A stretch of DNA of 64,000 bases from a virus, in IMG/VR virus record IMGVR_UViG_3300042542_004852; one strand, given 5' to 3'. Below, one piece after another: positions 17,357-27,168 of this stretch. A program made the translations under genes and the position numbers. The notes beneath the pieces were generated by a model. That model saw nothing but the letters and a program-made list of their open reading frames with translations, was not told where the DNA came from and made no database searches. The stretch's first letter is position 1; the number at the start of each line of letters is the position of its first letter.

Positions 17357-20300
17357 ATGAATCATTATATTAAAAAATATTTTCACAAGATTGCTGGTGC
17401 TGGAGGTGGTGGTGGTGGTGGTGGTTCGCCTCCACCTCCTCCGCCGCCAACATTAAAGCCGCCGAAGCTTGGAGATTTACAAGCTATATCTTCATACGAA
17501 TATATTGAAAATATTGACTTGATTTCAGACGGAGAAATTGATGGTTTTGTTAGCGAAAGAGGGGATTATGTTGAAGATACAAGGCTCTTCGAAAGTGTTT
17601 ATGTCAACGATGTTGCAGTCAGGCAACCTGTTGATATTGATGCTTCTACTGTGGCAGAAATTGATTTGAACTTTATCAAAGATGCTTTTAAACAAAAATT
17701 TTATTTAAAAGGTTATTTTTCAAAAGAATATTTTATCGAAACCTCAATTTCATCGTTAAATGGGTGGCAAATTTCAAAATCTGTTGATGGAGGAAGTTTA
17801 ACTGCCACAGTTATAAAAGGCAAAACTGAAATCGCTAATTCAATATTTAATGATATTATCTCTGTCAAATCTGCTTATAATACTTCTTCTTTTGATACAA
17901 GTAGTGCATTTTTTAAACAGTTAAGATTATTGAATTCTAAATTTAATTATTCGAATTCTAAAGAAGTTGAAGCATATCTGCTTCCATTTAGCCCAGAATT
18001 AAGAGCTGATCAGTATCCGTTTATAGCTTTAAAGCTTTCGTTAAATATAATAAGATCAGACTATCCATATTACAGTATGGATGATTTTATTTATTTAGAT
18101 TCTGATTTGAGAAATCAAATATATAACCCTCTTGAAGGAACCGAATTACAAGGAAGAGCTTGGAAAAGCCCTCCTCAAAAAATTAATTTGGCTTATTTTT
18201 ATAATTCAAATGCAGGATTCGGAATTAATGGAGTCGGAATTAATGGAAGCGTTTATATTTTCTTGTACCAAAAAGATGATTATATTCTTCAGAATGGAGT
18301 TGAAGCGGTTATTGAACATTTAAATAAAATTAAACTTATCAAGCCATTTTCTAAATATAATTATGCTAATGCCACAATCGAATTGAGAAATGGAGAAGAG
18401 CTACAAAAACCATTAAGTTTATTTAATAAAACTTACCTCGATCAGAGATACAGTTCAAAACTAAGGGGAGCCTTTATCAGGGGTAGGCCAGTATTAACTC
18501 TATTTAACAGTGATACGAGTGTATTATACACGCAATATTCTCCAAACTCTGCTTATGCTTCTTCTGGAATTCTAACTAATGAAGTTGACGAATTAATTAA
18601 TAAAAGAGAGTATAATCAATACATCGTTTACCATAACGGCCTATATAATGGTGGATCAGGTTTCGATAATTTTGTATCCGAAATTTTAAATTCTACTGGT
18701 AGTGTCAGATTGAAGTCGATTACTAAATCTTCTAACCCATCTTCAGTTAACTATCAAGCTTGGTCAAATTCAACATCTGAAACTCAAAATATTTTAACCT
18801 ATATTTTTACTGACTCTAATGGCGGACCAAATGCTGAATATTTAATTATTTTTGACCGAGCAACATCTTGTTTTAAAAGAACAATTTCAATTACTAATAC
18901 AACAAACCGCCGAAATAATAAAGCAACTACCTCTCAATCAGCTACTACTACAATAGATATTTTATCTTCTGATACTGTTTTTATTAAAGACATTGATACA
19001 GATATTATCGTTGCTTCTGCGCCGCAGCCAACACAGCCAACGACAAATACAAAAACAATTTACATCTATAATCAACAATTTCAAGTAACAAATATTAATT
19101 TAGATAAGTATTTTTGGGGAGGAATTTTAAGAGCTTGTTTAGATTTGTCATATAAAATTGATGGTAGTGATGATGTAAGATTTTTGCCAAGTGTTGAAAG
19201 TTATACTGCTTGGAACGATCAATATGTTAAATATTCGGCTGAACCAGCTTCTTCAATTACTCATGCTGTTTTAAATCCAAATGTTTCTCAAGTTTATATT
19301 ACGCTTAATGTTACTGTGTTAAGAGACATGGCTCATAGGGATATTACTTTGATTAAGAATGATGGAGCAAATCAATCAGTAGAAGCTGGCACTTTATTGC
19401 CTTCTTTAATTAGAGTAAGAATCGAAACAGGGTTTCAAAATAAAGATGGTTCGGAAGAATTAATCTCTTCTAGAGAGTATCAGATCAAAGGTTTAATTGA
19501 TTCGGCTGTAAAAATAGATATTGGTAGAGAAGAAAATAATAACGCTATAAGAGAGTATAGTAGATTCATCTTGGGTACTGAAAATGTAGCAAAACCAATT
19601 GAATTGCCTCAAGCACAATCTGATCGCGTAAGATTTGTTAGAGTTTGGAGATCAACGGCTGAAACTTATTCCTCTCTAATCAAGAGAGAAATATACTTGG
19701 AAAAAATTACTGAAATTATCAATATTCCGTTTTCATATCCTTTTTCAACGATTTGTGGTTTAAAATTGGATTCAAGAAGCTTGAATGAAATTCCTCCAAG
19801 GAGTTATGATGCAAGATTTAAAAAGGTTTTCGTACCAAGCAACTATTTCCCATTAAATTCAAATGGCACAGATAAAAGATATATTTTAGGAAAAAATCTT
19901 GGCTATTTTAATTCTCTACCATCGACTGACAATAAAAAAATAATTTACAAAGGAAATTGGGATGGTACCTTTAAATTATCTTGGACAGACAATCCAGCTT
20001 GGATCACTTTTGATCTGTTAATTAACAGAAGATATGGTTTGGGTAATTTCATCGAACCAAATCAAATAAATTATTGGGAACTATATAAAATCGGAAGATT
20101 TTGCGATGCTGTTGACGAAAATGGACTTTTCCAAGGGGTTATCGCTAACGATGGTGGATTAGAGCCTAGATATGCATTTAATGGAGTGATAGCTGACAAA
20201 ACAAATGTCTTTGACATGGTAAAGTCTATTATCTCTTCTTTTAGAGGAAACCTTTTCTATTCTAATTCAGAAATTAACTTTACGAACGATAGGTTAAAGC

Positions 20301-21589
20301 CAGTCATGTCATTTTTTAACAACTCAAATGTTAAAGATGGTGTGTTTTCTTATTCCAATGACAGAAGAGATTTGCAATACAATGTTATTGAAGTATCGTT
20401 TTTGGATAGAGAAGACTTGTTCAAGAAAAAAATTGAATATGTAGAAGACCCTGACGATATTAAAAATAGGGGAATTTTAAGAACAACAGCCGACACTTTT
20501 GGAGTTTCTAGTCGCGCACATGCAAAAAGAATTGGAGAGCACATTATTTATTCTTCTATCAATGAAGATCAAAGCGTTGTATTTATATCTTCGCTTGAAA
20601 CTTTGCTATGTAGGCCAGGAGATTTAATTGCAATCAACGATGAAGTAAAAACTTTAAAGAATCATGTCGGAAGAGTTTTGTATACTGATTTAGTATCCAA
20701 TTCTATTTATACAAACATTTCATTGTCTTCGCAAGACTTTAATCCATCTGGGTTAACTGGAGAAATATCTGTTTTAATTCCTACTGGCAAGCCTCAATCT
20801 GAAGATTTTTATGATTTAGCTAAAAGCACATCAAAAATTAATATAAGAGAAATCTATAAAACAGATGCTCCGATGAGAGTCACTTTGCAAGCTACAGGAT
20901 TAATGCTTGCAAATACTTCTCCATCTCTTGAATATGGTTCAGCTTTTTTCATTAATACTGGTTGTAGCGGGTTCCCTTTGATGTCTCAAATTTCAAACGG
21001 TGTTCCGTGTTCTATAACTCTAGCTAATACAAAACAAGAAATTTATAAAATAAATTCGATTAAAGAATTAAATTTAAACGAATACGAAGTGACCGCAGTA
21101 AAATTTGATACAGGTAAATTTGCTGAAATCGAAAAAGGAGAAACTGGATTATTACAAGACTTTTATAATTCATTTCCAAGCTCAAGAAATACCCAAGTCT
21201 CCGAAGGAAACAGTGATTTGTTGCAAAATAAATACAGATATGACCTATCATATCCAAGCATTTTGGAATTCACTACGGGTAATTATGATAGAGAAAATGA
21301 CTTTATAGATATTTCTGGACGATGGACATCTGTTGATGGGGCTAATTTATATAATGTAGAATTAATTTCTCCAACTTATAAAAGTAAAAAAACGACAACT
21401 CAAAACAACTATATTGTATTCGAAGATGAAGCTGAAATCGGAAGATACACTATAAAAGTTACTGCTAAAACAACTGGTATTTATCCAAATCCAATTTCTC
21501 CAACAGCAGTTGGTGGTTTTAAAGTTTATTCTTATGATGCTCCCGTAAGAACAAATTTAATTGTTGACTCAGTAACGATAAACAATTAA
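17357..21589 (+). CDS. tail tip / host-specificity protein J
   Basis: DLISDGEIDG, WDGTFK..WTDNPAWI..DLL.NRRYGLG, EPRY.FN, RPGDLI. Confidence 0.93.
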   Translation: MNHYIKKYFHKIAGAGGGGGGGGSPPPPPPPTLKPPKLGDLQAISSYEYIENIDLISDGEIDGFVSERGDYVEDTRLFESVYVNDVAVRQPVDIDASTVAEIDLNFIKDAFKQKFYLKGYFSKEYFIETSISSLNGWQISKSVDGGSLTATVIKGKTEIANSIFNDIISVKSAYNTSSFDTSSAFFKQLRLLNSKFNYSNSKEVEAYLLPFSPELRADQYPFIALKLSLNIIRSDYPYYSMDDFIYLDSDLRNQIYNPLEGTELQGRAWKSPPQKINLAYFYNSNAGFGINGVGINGSVYIFLYQKDDYILQNGVEAVIEHLNKIKLIKPFSKYNYANATIELRNGEELQKPLSLFNKTYLDQRYSSKLRGAFIRGRPVLTLFNSDTSVLYTQYSPNSAYASSGILTNEVDELINKREYNQYIVYHNGLYNGGSGFDNFVSEILNSTGSVRLKSITKSSNPSSVNYQAWSNSTSETQNILTYIFTDSNGGPNAEYLIIFDRATSCFKRTISITNTTNRRNNKATTSQSATTTIDILSSDTVFIKDIDTDIIVASAPQPTQPTTNTKTIYIYNQQFQVTNINLDKYFWGGILRACLDLSYKIDGSDDVRFLPSVESYTAWNDQYVKYSAEPASSITHAVLNPNVSQVYITLNVTVLRDMAHRDITLIKNDGANQSVEAGTLLPSLIRVRIETGFQNKDGSEELISSREYQIKGLIDSAVKIDIGREENNNAIREYSRFILGTENVAKPIELPQAQSDRVRFVRVWRSTAETYSSLIKREIYLEKITEIINIPFSYPFSTICGLKLDSRSLNEIPPRSYDARFKKVFVPSNYFPLNSNGTDKRYILGKNLGYFNSLPSTDNKKIIYKGNWDGTFKLSWTDNPAWITFDLLINRRYGLGNFIEPNQINYWELYKIGRFCDAVDENGLFQGVIANDGGLEPRYAFNGVIADKTNVFDMVKSIISSFRGNLFYSNSEINFTNDRLKPVMSFFNNSNVKDGVFSYSNDRRDLQYNVIEVSFLDREDLFKKKIEYVEDPDDIKNRGILRTTADTFGVSSRAHAKRIGEHIIYSSINEDQSVVFISSLETLLCRPGDLIAINDEVKTLKNHVGRVLYTDLVSNSIYTNISLSSQDFNPSGLTGEISVLIPTGKPQSEDFYDLAKSTSKINIREIYKTDAPMRVTLQATGLMLANTSPSLEYGSAFFINTGCSGFPLMSQISNGVPCSITLANTKQEIYKINSIKELNLNEYEVTAVKFDTGKFAEIEKGETGLLQDFYNSFPSSRNTQVSEGNSDLLQNKYRYDLSYPSILEFTTGNYDRENDFIDISGRWTSVDGANLYNVELISPTYKSKKTTTQNNYIVFEDEAEIGRYTIKVTAKTTGIYPNPISPTAVGGFKVYSYDAPVRTNLIVDSVTINN

Positions 21590-21600
21590 TAATTAATTAT

Positions 21601-24492
21601 ATGCCAGAAGAAACGACGACAACGACAACAACGTGGTACCCAACGACTACTACTACTACGACAACAACTACGACAACTACTACTACCACAACTGCATGCC
21701 CATGCTACAGCGAAAGTTGGAAATACGATTGTGAAGGTGCTGGTTCTCTTGAATTATGGCAGAGTAATGGAGTTTTTTATATTGCTTCTGGTGATTGTTG
21801 TGCAGAAATTACTGAAGGTTTAGTTAATGCGAGTTATTACACAGACCATTCGCCAAGAATACGGGTAGAATTTACAAATGGAATTCCTGACCCTCAAGAA
21901 GAATGCACAACAACTTGCGCACCATGTCAAAGCGAAACTTGGAGATTAGGTTGTACTGGTGATGCTTCCATTAATTTATGGCAGAACAGCGTTGATGGGC
22001 GCTATTATACTAATGCTGTTGGTTGTACTGGAGGTTCAAATTGCCAAGGAGAACCTTTTGACCGTGTAGGCGCAAATGGAACTGTGACTTATTATACAAA
22101 CATTGCACCACCAAGGGAACGTGTAGAATTTGTAAATGGCTCTCCTGCATTTATAGGAGATTTTTGTACAACGACAACAACGACAACAACAACTTGCACA
22201 CCATGTCAAAGCGAAACTTGGAGAGTAGATTGTACTGGTCTTTCTTACGTTAATTTATGGCAGAATAATGGACGTTATTATACTAATCCTGTTGATTGTA
22301 CTGGAGGCGCATATTGCCAAGGAAATCCTTTTGGTGAAGTTGGTGCCAATGGGCCTGTATATTATTATACAGATGGCACGCCAAGACAACTTGTGCAATT
22401 TAGCTATGGAATACCTGATCCTCAAGAATATTGCCCACTCCCTGAGTGGACATGCGATGAAGTTGGTCTATGTAGAGTAAATTTAGGTTATGGGCGACCT
22501 AAAAGATTTACTGTGCCAGAAGGTTTTAGTAATGCAGGAGAAAGAGAAACATGCTATTGTTGCGATGATGGTTCATCGAACGATGATTATCCTGACTGTG
22601 AGCAGACAACAGGATTTACACCAGCCCCATTTTCAGCAGGAACTGGACAAGCATCGTTAATATCAAATTGTATTGATTTGCCGATTAATTTTACCTATGA
22701 AGATGTTTATGGTTTTAAACTACAATCAGAAAAAGACATTGAAAACTTAAATAATCAAGAGTTCTTTACAACTATTTCAGCCTATGATAGGGATTCTGTT
22801 TTAGTTAGAGAAGATTTCTTTAGTGGAAATTTAAATCTATCATATACTTTTACGAAGGAACAAAATAAGCAAATTTTTGTCGGACCAAAATATGATCCAA
22901 ATGGAGAAAGAGAGTACATGCTGCTTTTTTCTTTTTTTAATAAAAGCCCATTTGGATTTGCAAAAAACTCTGTTGAGACGCAGCTTTGGCATCCGCCATC
23001 TAGAATTGAATCTGTAACGGTTCAAGATTATTTTACTACGCAAATAACTGGCTTAATTGATTTTCCTATTACTGAATGGACGTATAGTGGATTTAATAGA
23101 ACTTATTTTAGCGGTCTGTATAGATTAAGTGATGTTTCTGGAGCAAGTGGTATTAGTGGCTATACTGGCATTAGTGGCGGCAATTTTAGCGGACAATTTT
23201 TTAATTTAACTGGAATTGAGTATTCTGGTTTTGAAGGATTGTTTAGCGGTTTGAATGGAACAACTGGGATTAATAAATTTGAAATTACTGGCAGAGATCA
23301 ATCATTCACAACTGGTTTTATTTCTGGATTATCAACAATAAATTCTTGGTCTTATAATTCTACTGGCGACGTTTCTGGCTTTAGTATTACTGGATTTATA
23401 GATAGCGGAAATTATTATTCAGTATTTACTGGAGGTGCAAATTTAGGATTAGTTAATACTGGAAATTATGTAATTAATTTTTCAAATTCACCTCCGTTAG
23501 TCAATTTCATTTCAATTCCAAGTGGACAACAAATTGGATTAGCCACTGGTGATATTACAATAAATATCATAGAAGAAACTGGAGCAACTGGTGTTTTAAC
23601 TAATAAATATATTGCATATATTGATGGATTAGAGCAACCCACAGGTTATCCAACCTTATTTGTTGCATCTACTGGCTCAAATGAGATTGTTTTTGGAACA
23701 ACTCCACCAGATAACTCTACTGTTTTAATTAAAGAATTGTCTGGAGTTAATTCAATTTTAAATAATCCTTTAAAAAATGAAGCTATTTTTACAATTAATT
23801 TTGATCAGAATTTTGGCTCTTATTATCAAACAAGAGGAGTAGATATTTATACTGGAAGCCTTTCTGGACAAAGGCCAGACTCATTAAGTGGATTCTCCTT
23901 TCTTAAAAGGACTACATTTTTAGAAAATAAAGCAACACAGGATGTAAAAGTATTCTTTTACGAAGTTCCATCAAATACTGGTATTATTTATAAGTTTGTG
24001 CCATTTGATTGTTTTGACACTGGCTTAACTTATTATAACAATGGGTTATTTGCCTATATTTTTACAGAACCACAAATTTTTACTTTCGAAAATGGCATAC
24101 CTCCAGCTTTGTCTTTTGAACAAAGAACTGGAAATGTATTTAGTGGTAGAAATCCAGAGTTAACTCCAATCAATGTGCCTGGAAGAGATGGAAATTTAAT
24201 TTTCCAAACTGGTAATTCTGGACAGAATCTGTATTTGTTGAAATCTGGTTTGTGGAAAACTATTCTTCCTTATGAAGAATTAAGTGGTATTTTTGATCTA
24301 CGATATGTAAAAAATAGTCAAACAGGACAATTTGTATCTACGGGTTCAACTGGTAGTTTTATAAAACTTGTTCAAACTCCTCAAGTTGCAACTGCAAGCG
24401 GAAAAATTGGAGAAATAGCTTTTTCTGGAACTTATTTATATGCTGCCACTGGAACAAATCAGTGGGGAAGGGTTCAATTATCTTCTTGGTGA
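21601..24492 (+). CDS. tail fibre-like virion protein with poly-Thr tracts, Cys-rich repeats and [S/T]-G-rich body
   Basis: Follows gpJ; C-terminal G.IGEIAF...YLY......WGRV.L..W motif typical of phage fibres. Confidence 0.75.
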   Translation: MPEETTTTTTTWYPTTTTTTTTTTTTTTTTTACPCYSESWKYDCEGAGSLELWQSNGVFYIASGDCCAEITEGLVNASYYTDHSPRIRVEFTNGIPDPQEECTTTCAPCQSETWRLGCTGDASINLWQNSVDGRYYTNAVGCTGGSNCQGEPFDRVGANGTVTYYTNIAPPRERVEFVNGSPAFIGDFCTTTTTTTTTCTPCQSETWRVDCTGLSYVNLWQNNGRYYTNPVDCTGGAYCQGNPFGEVGANGPVYYYTDGTPRQLVQFSYGIPDPQEYCPLPEWTCDEVGLCRVNLGYGRPKRFTVPEGFSNAGERETCYCCDDGSSNDDYPDCEQTTGFTPAPFSAGTGQASLISNCIDLPINFTYEDVYGFKLQSEKDIENLNNQEFFTTISAYDRDSVLVREDFFSGNLNLSYTFTKEQNKQIFVGPKYDPNGEREYMLLFSFFNKSPFGFAKNSVETQLWHPPSRIESVTVQDYFTTQITGLIDFPITEWTYSGFNRTYFSGLYRLSDVSGASGISGYTGISGGNFSGQFFNLTGIEYSGFEGLFSGLNGTTGINKFEITGRDQSFTTGFISGLSTINSWSYNSTGDVSGFSITGFIDSGNYYSVFTGGANLGLVNTGNYVINFSNSPPLVNFISIPSGQQIGLATGDITINIIEETGATGVLTNKYIAYIDGLEQPTGYPTLFVASTGSNEIVFGTTPPDNSTVLIKELSGVNSILNNPLKNEAIFTINFDQNFGSYYQTRGVDIYTGSLSGQRPDSLSGFSFLKRTTFLENKATQDVKVFFYEVPSNTGIIYKFVPFDCFDTGLTYYNNGLFAYIFTEPQIFTFENGIPPALSFEQRTGNVFSGRNPELTPINVPGRDGNLIFQTGNSGQNLYLLKSGLWKTILPYEELSGIFDLRYVKNSQTGQFVSTGSTGSFIKLVQTPQVATASGKIGEIAFSGTYLYAATGTNQWGRVQLSSW
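21613..22436 (+). repeat. ACN poly-Thr tracts separating three ~70-95 aa Cys-rich repeats
   Basis: CPCYSESW / CAPCQSETW / CTPCQSETW; CACCATGTCAAAGCGAAACTTGGAGA occurs twice (~21920, ~22199). Confidence 0.85.
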
Positions 24493-24719
24493 TTGAACGG
24501 CTTAAAGATCAAATAATCTGGCTGATTCTCTTTCTCTTTGTATTTATTTTTAAATACAATGACGTTTTGAGTAATAATTTCCCCATTCGGTCCCTGTAGC
24601 GTTACCTTCCCAGAAAGGTATTTATTGCCCTTGCCCTGCTTGAGCCATAGGCTTCCCAGATTGTTTTTCGACCAATTCGTAGAATTGTTTGGTTGCTTCG
24701 ATGAAGTCTCTTCGTGCAT
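24474..24719 (-). CDS. DUF736-like small protein
   Basis: LGSLW...G.KYLSG and F.N..K....QPDY. Confidence 0.65.
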   Translation of the reverse strand: MHEETSSKQPNNSTNWSKNNLGSLWLKQGKGNKYLSGKVTLQGPNGEIITQNVIVFKNKYKEKENQPDYLIFKPFNHQEDN

Positions 24720-24831
24720 GATGCGGAACTTTATTATACTGCTTCTTTAAGCGCTTGTAAACTCTTTTGTTGATCGAGTTGTCTTTTGGATTGGTGATTG
24801 CTCTTAGTTGTTTTGCGATTGTTTTTCTCAT
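24622..24831 (-). CDS. basic hypothetical protein
   Basis: Coupled ORF. Confidence 0.5.
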   Translation of the reverse strand: MRKTIAKQLRAITNPKDNSINKRVYKRLKKQYNKVPHHARRDFIEATKQFYELVEKQSGKPMAQAGQGQ

Positions 24832-25283
24832 ATTTTTTTAATATACGATTCAGTATCTTTTTTAAATCCCATTTTTTGATAAATTTTCTTTAATCTTTCA
24901 GACGTTGGGTAGTTTTCAACGCAGTTCATATTAACGTATTTTATTCCTTTGCTTTTTGCAAATTTGATGGCCTGATTATATAATGCAAATGTTTTTTTAG
25001 GATTTTTACTAATCCAAAAATATTCCGTAAATATTCTTTGATTCAAGAATGGATGAATGCTATTTATAAACATAATCATGCCGTCTGCTAATCCATTTTC
25101 AAAATTTGCCCAGCAACAAATACTACTATTTAATAATGTTGAATGAGCAAAAGAATCAATAACAGACTGAGCATTGATGGGCAGATATGCATGACCATAT
25201 TTAGTATTCTCTTCTTTAAAGAGAGCTTCTAAATCTCTAAAAGCTTTTTCAAACTCTTGGCCAGATGTGACCTTTTTAATCAT
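24828..25283 (-). CDS. GNAT-fold acetyltransferase-like protein
   Basis: LYNQAIKFAKSKG and LKKIYQKMGF. Confidence 0.65.
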   Translation of the reverse strand: MIKKVTSGQEFEKAFRDLEALFKEENTKYGHAYLPINAQSVIDSFAHSTLLNSSICCWANFENGLADGMIMFINSIHPFLNQRIFTEYFWISKNPKKTFALYNQAIKFAKSKGIKYVNMNCVENYPTSERLKKIYQKMGFKKDTESYIKKI

Positions 25284-26014
25284 TTAGATACAATAGAAAG
25301 AAGTTTGCGGCTTTCTTTGATTGGAATATCTTCAAAAGAATTCCAATTTGCAGCTTCTTCATTTTTGTATGTTTCGTCTTTCCATAGTTTTCTCAAATGC
25401 TTTTTGAAAGCTTCGAAATCATCGCAGCCAAGGTTTTGTTTGGCAGAGTTTTTAAGAGCGCTCTGTGGTGTCAGGGATTGAACGATTGACTCGCTCTCTT
25501 CGTAAGCGACTTTATTTTTAGACTTATCAATTTCATCATCACCAACAATATGAATATTAAGATAATTGCGAACAGAGCGAACAAAAGCACGATTTTCAGC
25601 AATAGGTTCCAAAAACTTAACGCCAAATCCAGAACAATTTTCAGAAGTTGCGTTTGCTGTGCTAGTAAATGTTTGAGCATTGCCGTCGCTTTCATAATTT
25701 GGCATCCAACTAATAGAGCAAACTGCTGTGGCATAATGGGAAGAGATTGTTTCAATTTTAAATTGAACGTCAAGGAAGCCCCTGAGTCTTGCTAGTTCTT
25801 TGATGCCAGCTAGCTTAACAAGAAGCTGATGATCACCAAGACCTTCAATAGAGTCTGGCACTTGAAGTTTGCGAGTTTCAAACCAATCCTTGTTAGGGTA
25901 CAAATGCTCTGGCTTAATCATTGCTCGCCAGTTAATTGAGCCATCTTCGTTGAATTTATATTCAACCCCGTCAATGAGGCCGAGTTCGTTACGCTTATAT
26001 TTGTTAGGATTCAT
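25280..26014 (-). CDS. putative Rad52/Sak-like single-strand annealing protein
   Basis: K..GIKELA, ANAT..N and IAENRAFVRSVR..L.I..V..DEI. Confidence 0.5.
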   Translation of the reverse strand: MNPNKYKRNELGLIDGVEYKFNEDGSINWRAMIKPEHLYPNKDWFETRKLQVPDSIEGLGDHQLLVKLAGIKELARLRGFLDVQFKIETISSHYATAVCSISWMPNYESDGNAQTFTSTANATSENCSGFGVKFLEPIAENRAFVRSVRNYLNIHIVGDDEIDKSKNKVAYEESESIVQSLTPQSALKNSAKQNLGCDDFEAFKKHLRKLWKDETYKNEEAANWNSFEDIPIKESRKLLSIVSK

Positions 26015-27167
26015 AAATAAAATAGTGATCTAGGTCTGTCCAGAAAGACTCATTATAGATCACATCAGAAGCTCTGTCAACAAAAACTTTGTCTAAATCA
26101 GCATGAGCTTTAGAAGCATAACGTTTACCGTTTGAAAAAATATCTTTTTTGGTCAAAAATTTTAAGTTCGAAATCTCGGAAAGATTTTTAATCTTTTCTT
26201 GATTTGAGGGTTCATCAAGTTCAACTCTAAAATCAAAGTAAAAATTTCTAATTTCAGAAATCTGATCTTTGTTTTTTGTGCTGCATAAAATTTCTAGCCC
26301 AAGATTTTTAATAGACTCAAGATATTCGTTACTAAAATCAGTTGTGTTTTCTAGATGAAAAGTAATTTTTTTAATATTCTTTTTACATTTAGATAAAAGT
26401 TGTATGCTAATTGGTTTTGCAGAAATAATATGGCAATCGTAATTTGAGCACCAAGCCATTAAATTATTTTCGTTATGAAAATAATCCATTCTAATATTAA
26501 TGAGCCTATTTTTTAGTTCTTCTGCAAAACCATAAAAGTTAGGAACGACTTCTATAACTCCCTGAGAGTAAGACTCTCCAATGAATTTAGTATTAATGCT
26601 TTTGGTGTATGGAATCTTTAGCAATTCACAAATATTTTTAACAATATCTTCTGGCTTAATTGTATTGATTGATTTCGGCTTTTCGTGATAGCTGTAACTT
26701 GGTTTGCGACCATTTCGATCTGCTTCTAAAATCCGAACCTTACTTGGAGTGCTCCAGTATGGATAAGCATGACTTGGATAAATGTGAGAATAAAGAACAA
26801 CAATTGGAATATCAAAAGCACTCGCTTGATGAATCGGGAAGCTGTCAATGCCCAAGTGAAGACTTGAATTTTTAACAATGTATGATGTCTGTTTCCTTGA
26901 AAAACCAAGGAAAGATTTGTCAACAAGTGGCAATTGCGGGTCTTCTCCGCCACCAATTTGATAAATTTTATATCCCAATGGGTGCAAGAGATTTTTTAAA
27001 AGCTCTATGGCTTCTGGAAAGAATTCATAAAATTTAGAATCAATTTTGTTATCAATGTGAACAGTAATATATTTGTCATCAATAACGGGAATATAATGGG
27101 TTGGAAAAATAGGTTTACCAATTTTAACGCCCAAGTTTTTAGCGTATTCTTCGACTAGATGCGACAT
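26004..27167 (-). CDS. GT9-like glycosyltransferase, C-terminal half
   Basis: Begins HLVEEYAKNLG; HLGIDSFPIHQASAFDIPIVVLY. Confidence 0.75.
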   Translation of the reverse strand: MSHLVEEYAKNLGVKIGKPIFPTHYIPVIDDKYITVHIDNKIDSKFYEFFPEAIELLKNLLHPLGYKIYQIGGGEDPQLPLVDKSFLGFSRKQTSYIVKNSSLHLGIDSFPIHQASAFDIPIVVLYSHIYPSHAYPYWSTPSKVRILEADRNGRKPSYSYHEKPKSINTIKPEDIVKNICELLKIPYTKSINTKFIGESYSQGVIEVVPNFYGFAEELKNRLINIRMDYFHNENNLMAWCSNYDCHIISAKPISIQLLSKCKKNIKKITFHLENTTDFSNEYLESIKNLGLEILCSTKNKDQISEIRNFYFDFRVELDEPSNQEKIKNLSEISNLKFLTKKDIFSNGKRYASKAHADLDKVFVDRASDVIYNESFWTDLDHYFIYES

Positions 27168-27168
27168 A

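Noticed and set aside
21613-21693. ACN repeats as a CRISPR array or slippage microsatellite
   Set aside because: No repeat-spacer structure; mixed synonymous Thr codons in frame.
21900-22440. Near-duplicate repeats as a DGR template/variable pair
   Set aside because: Differences involve all four bases plus indels rather than adenines only, both copies are in-frame in one CDS, and no reverse transcriptase is in the window.
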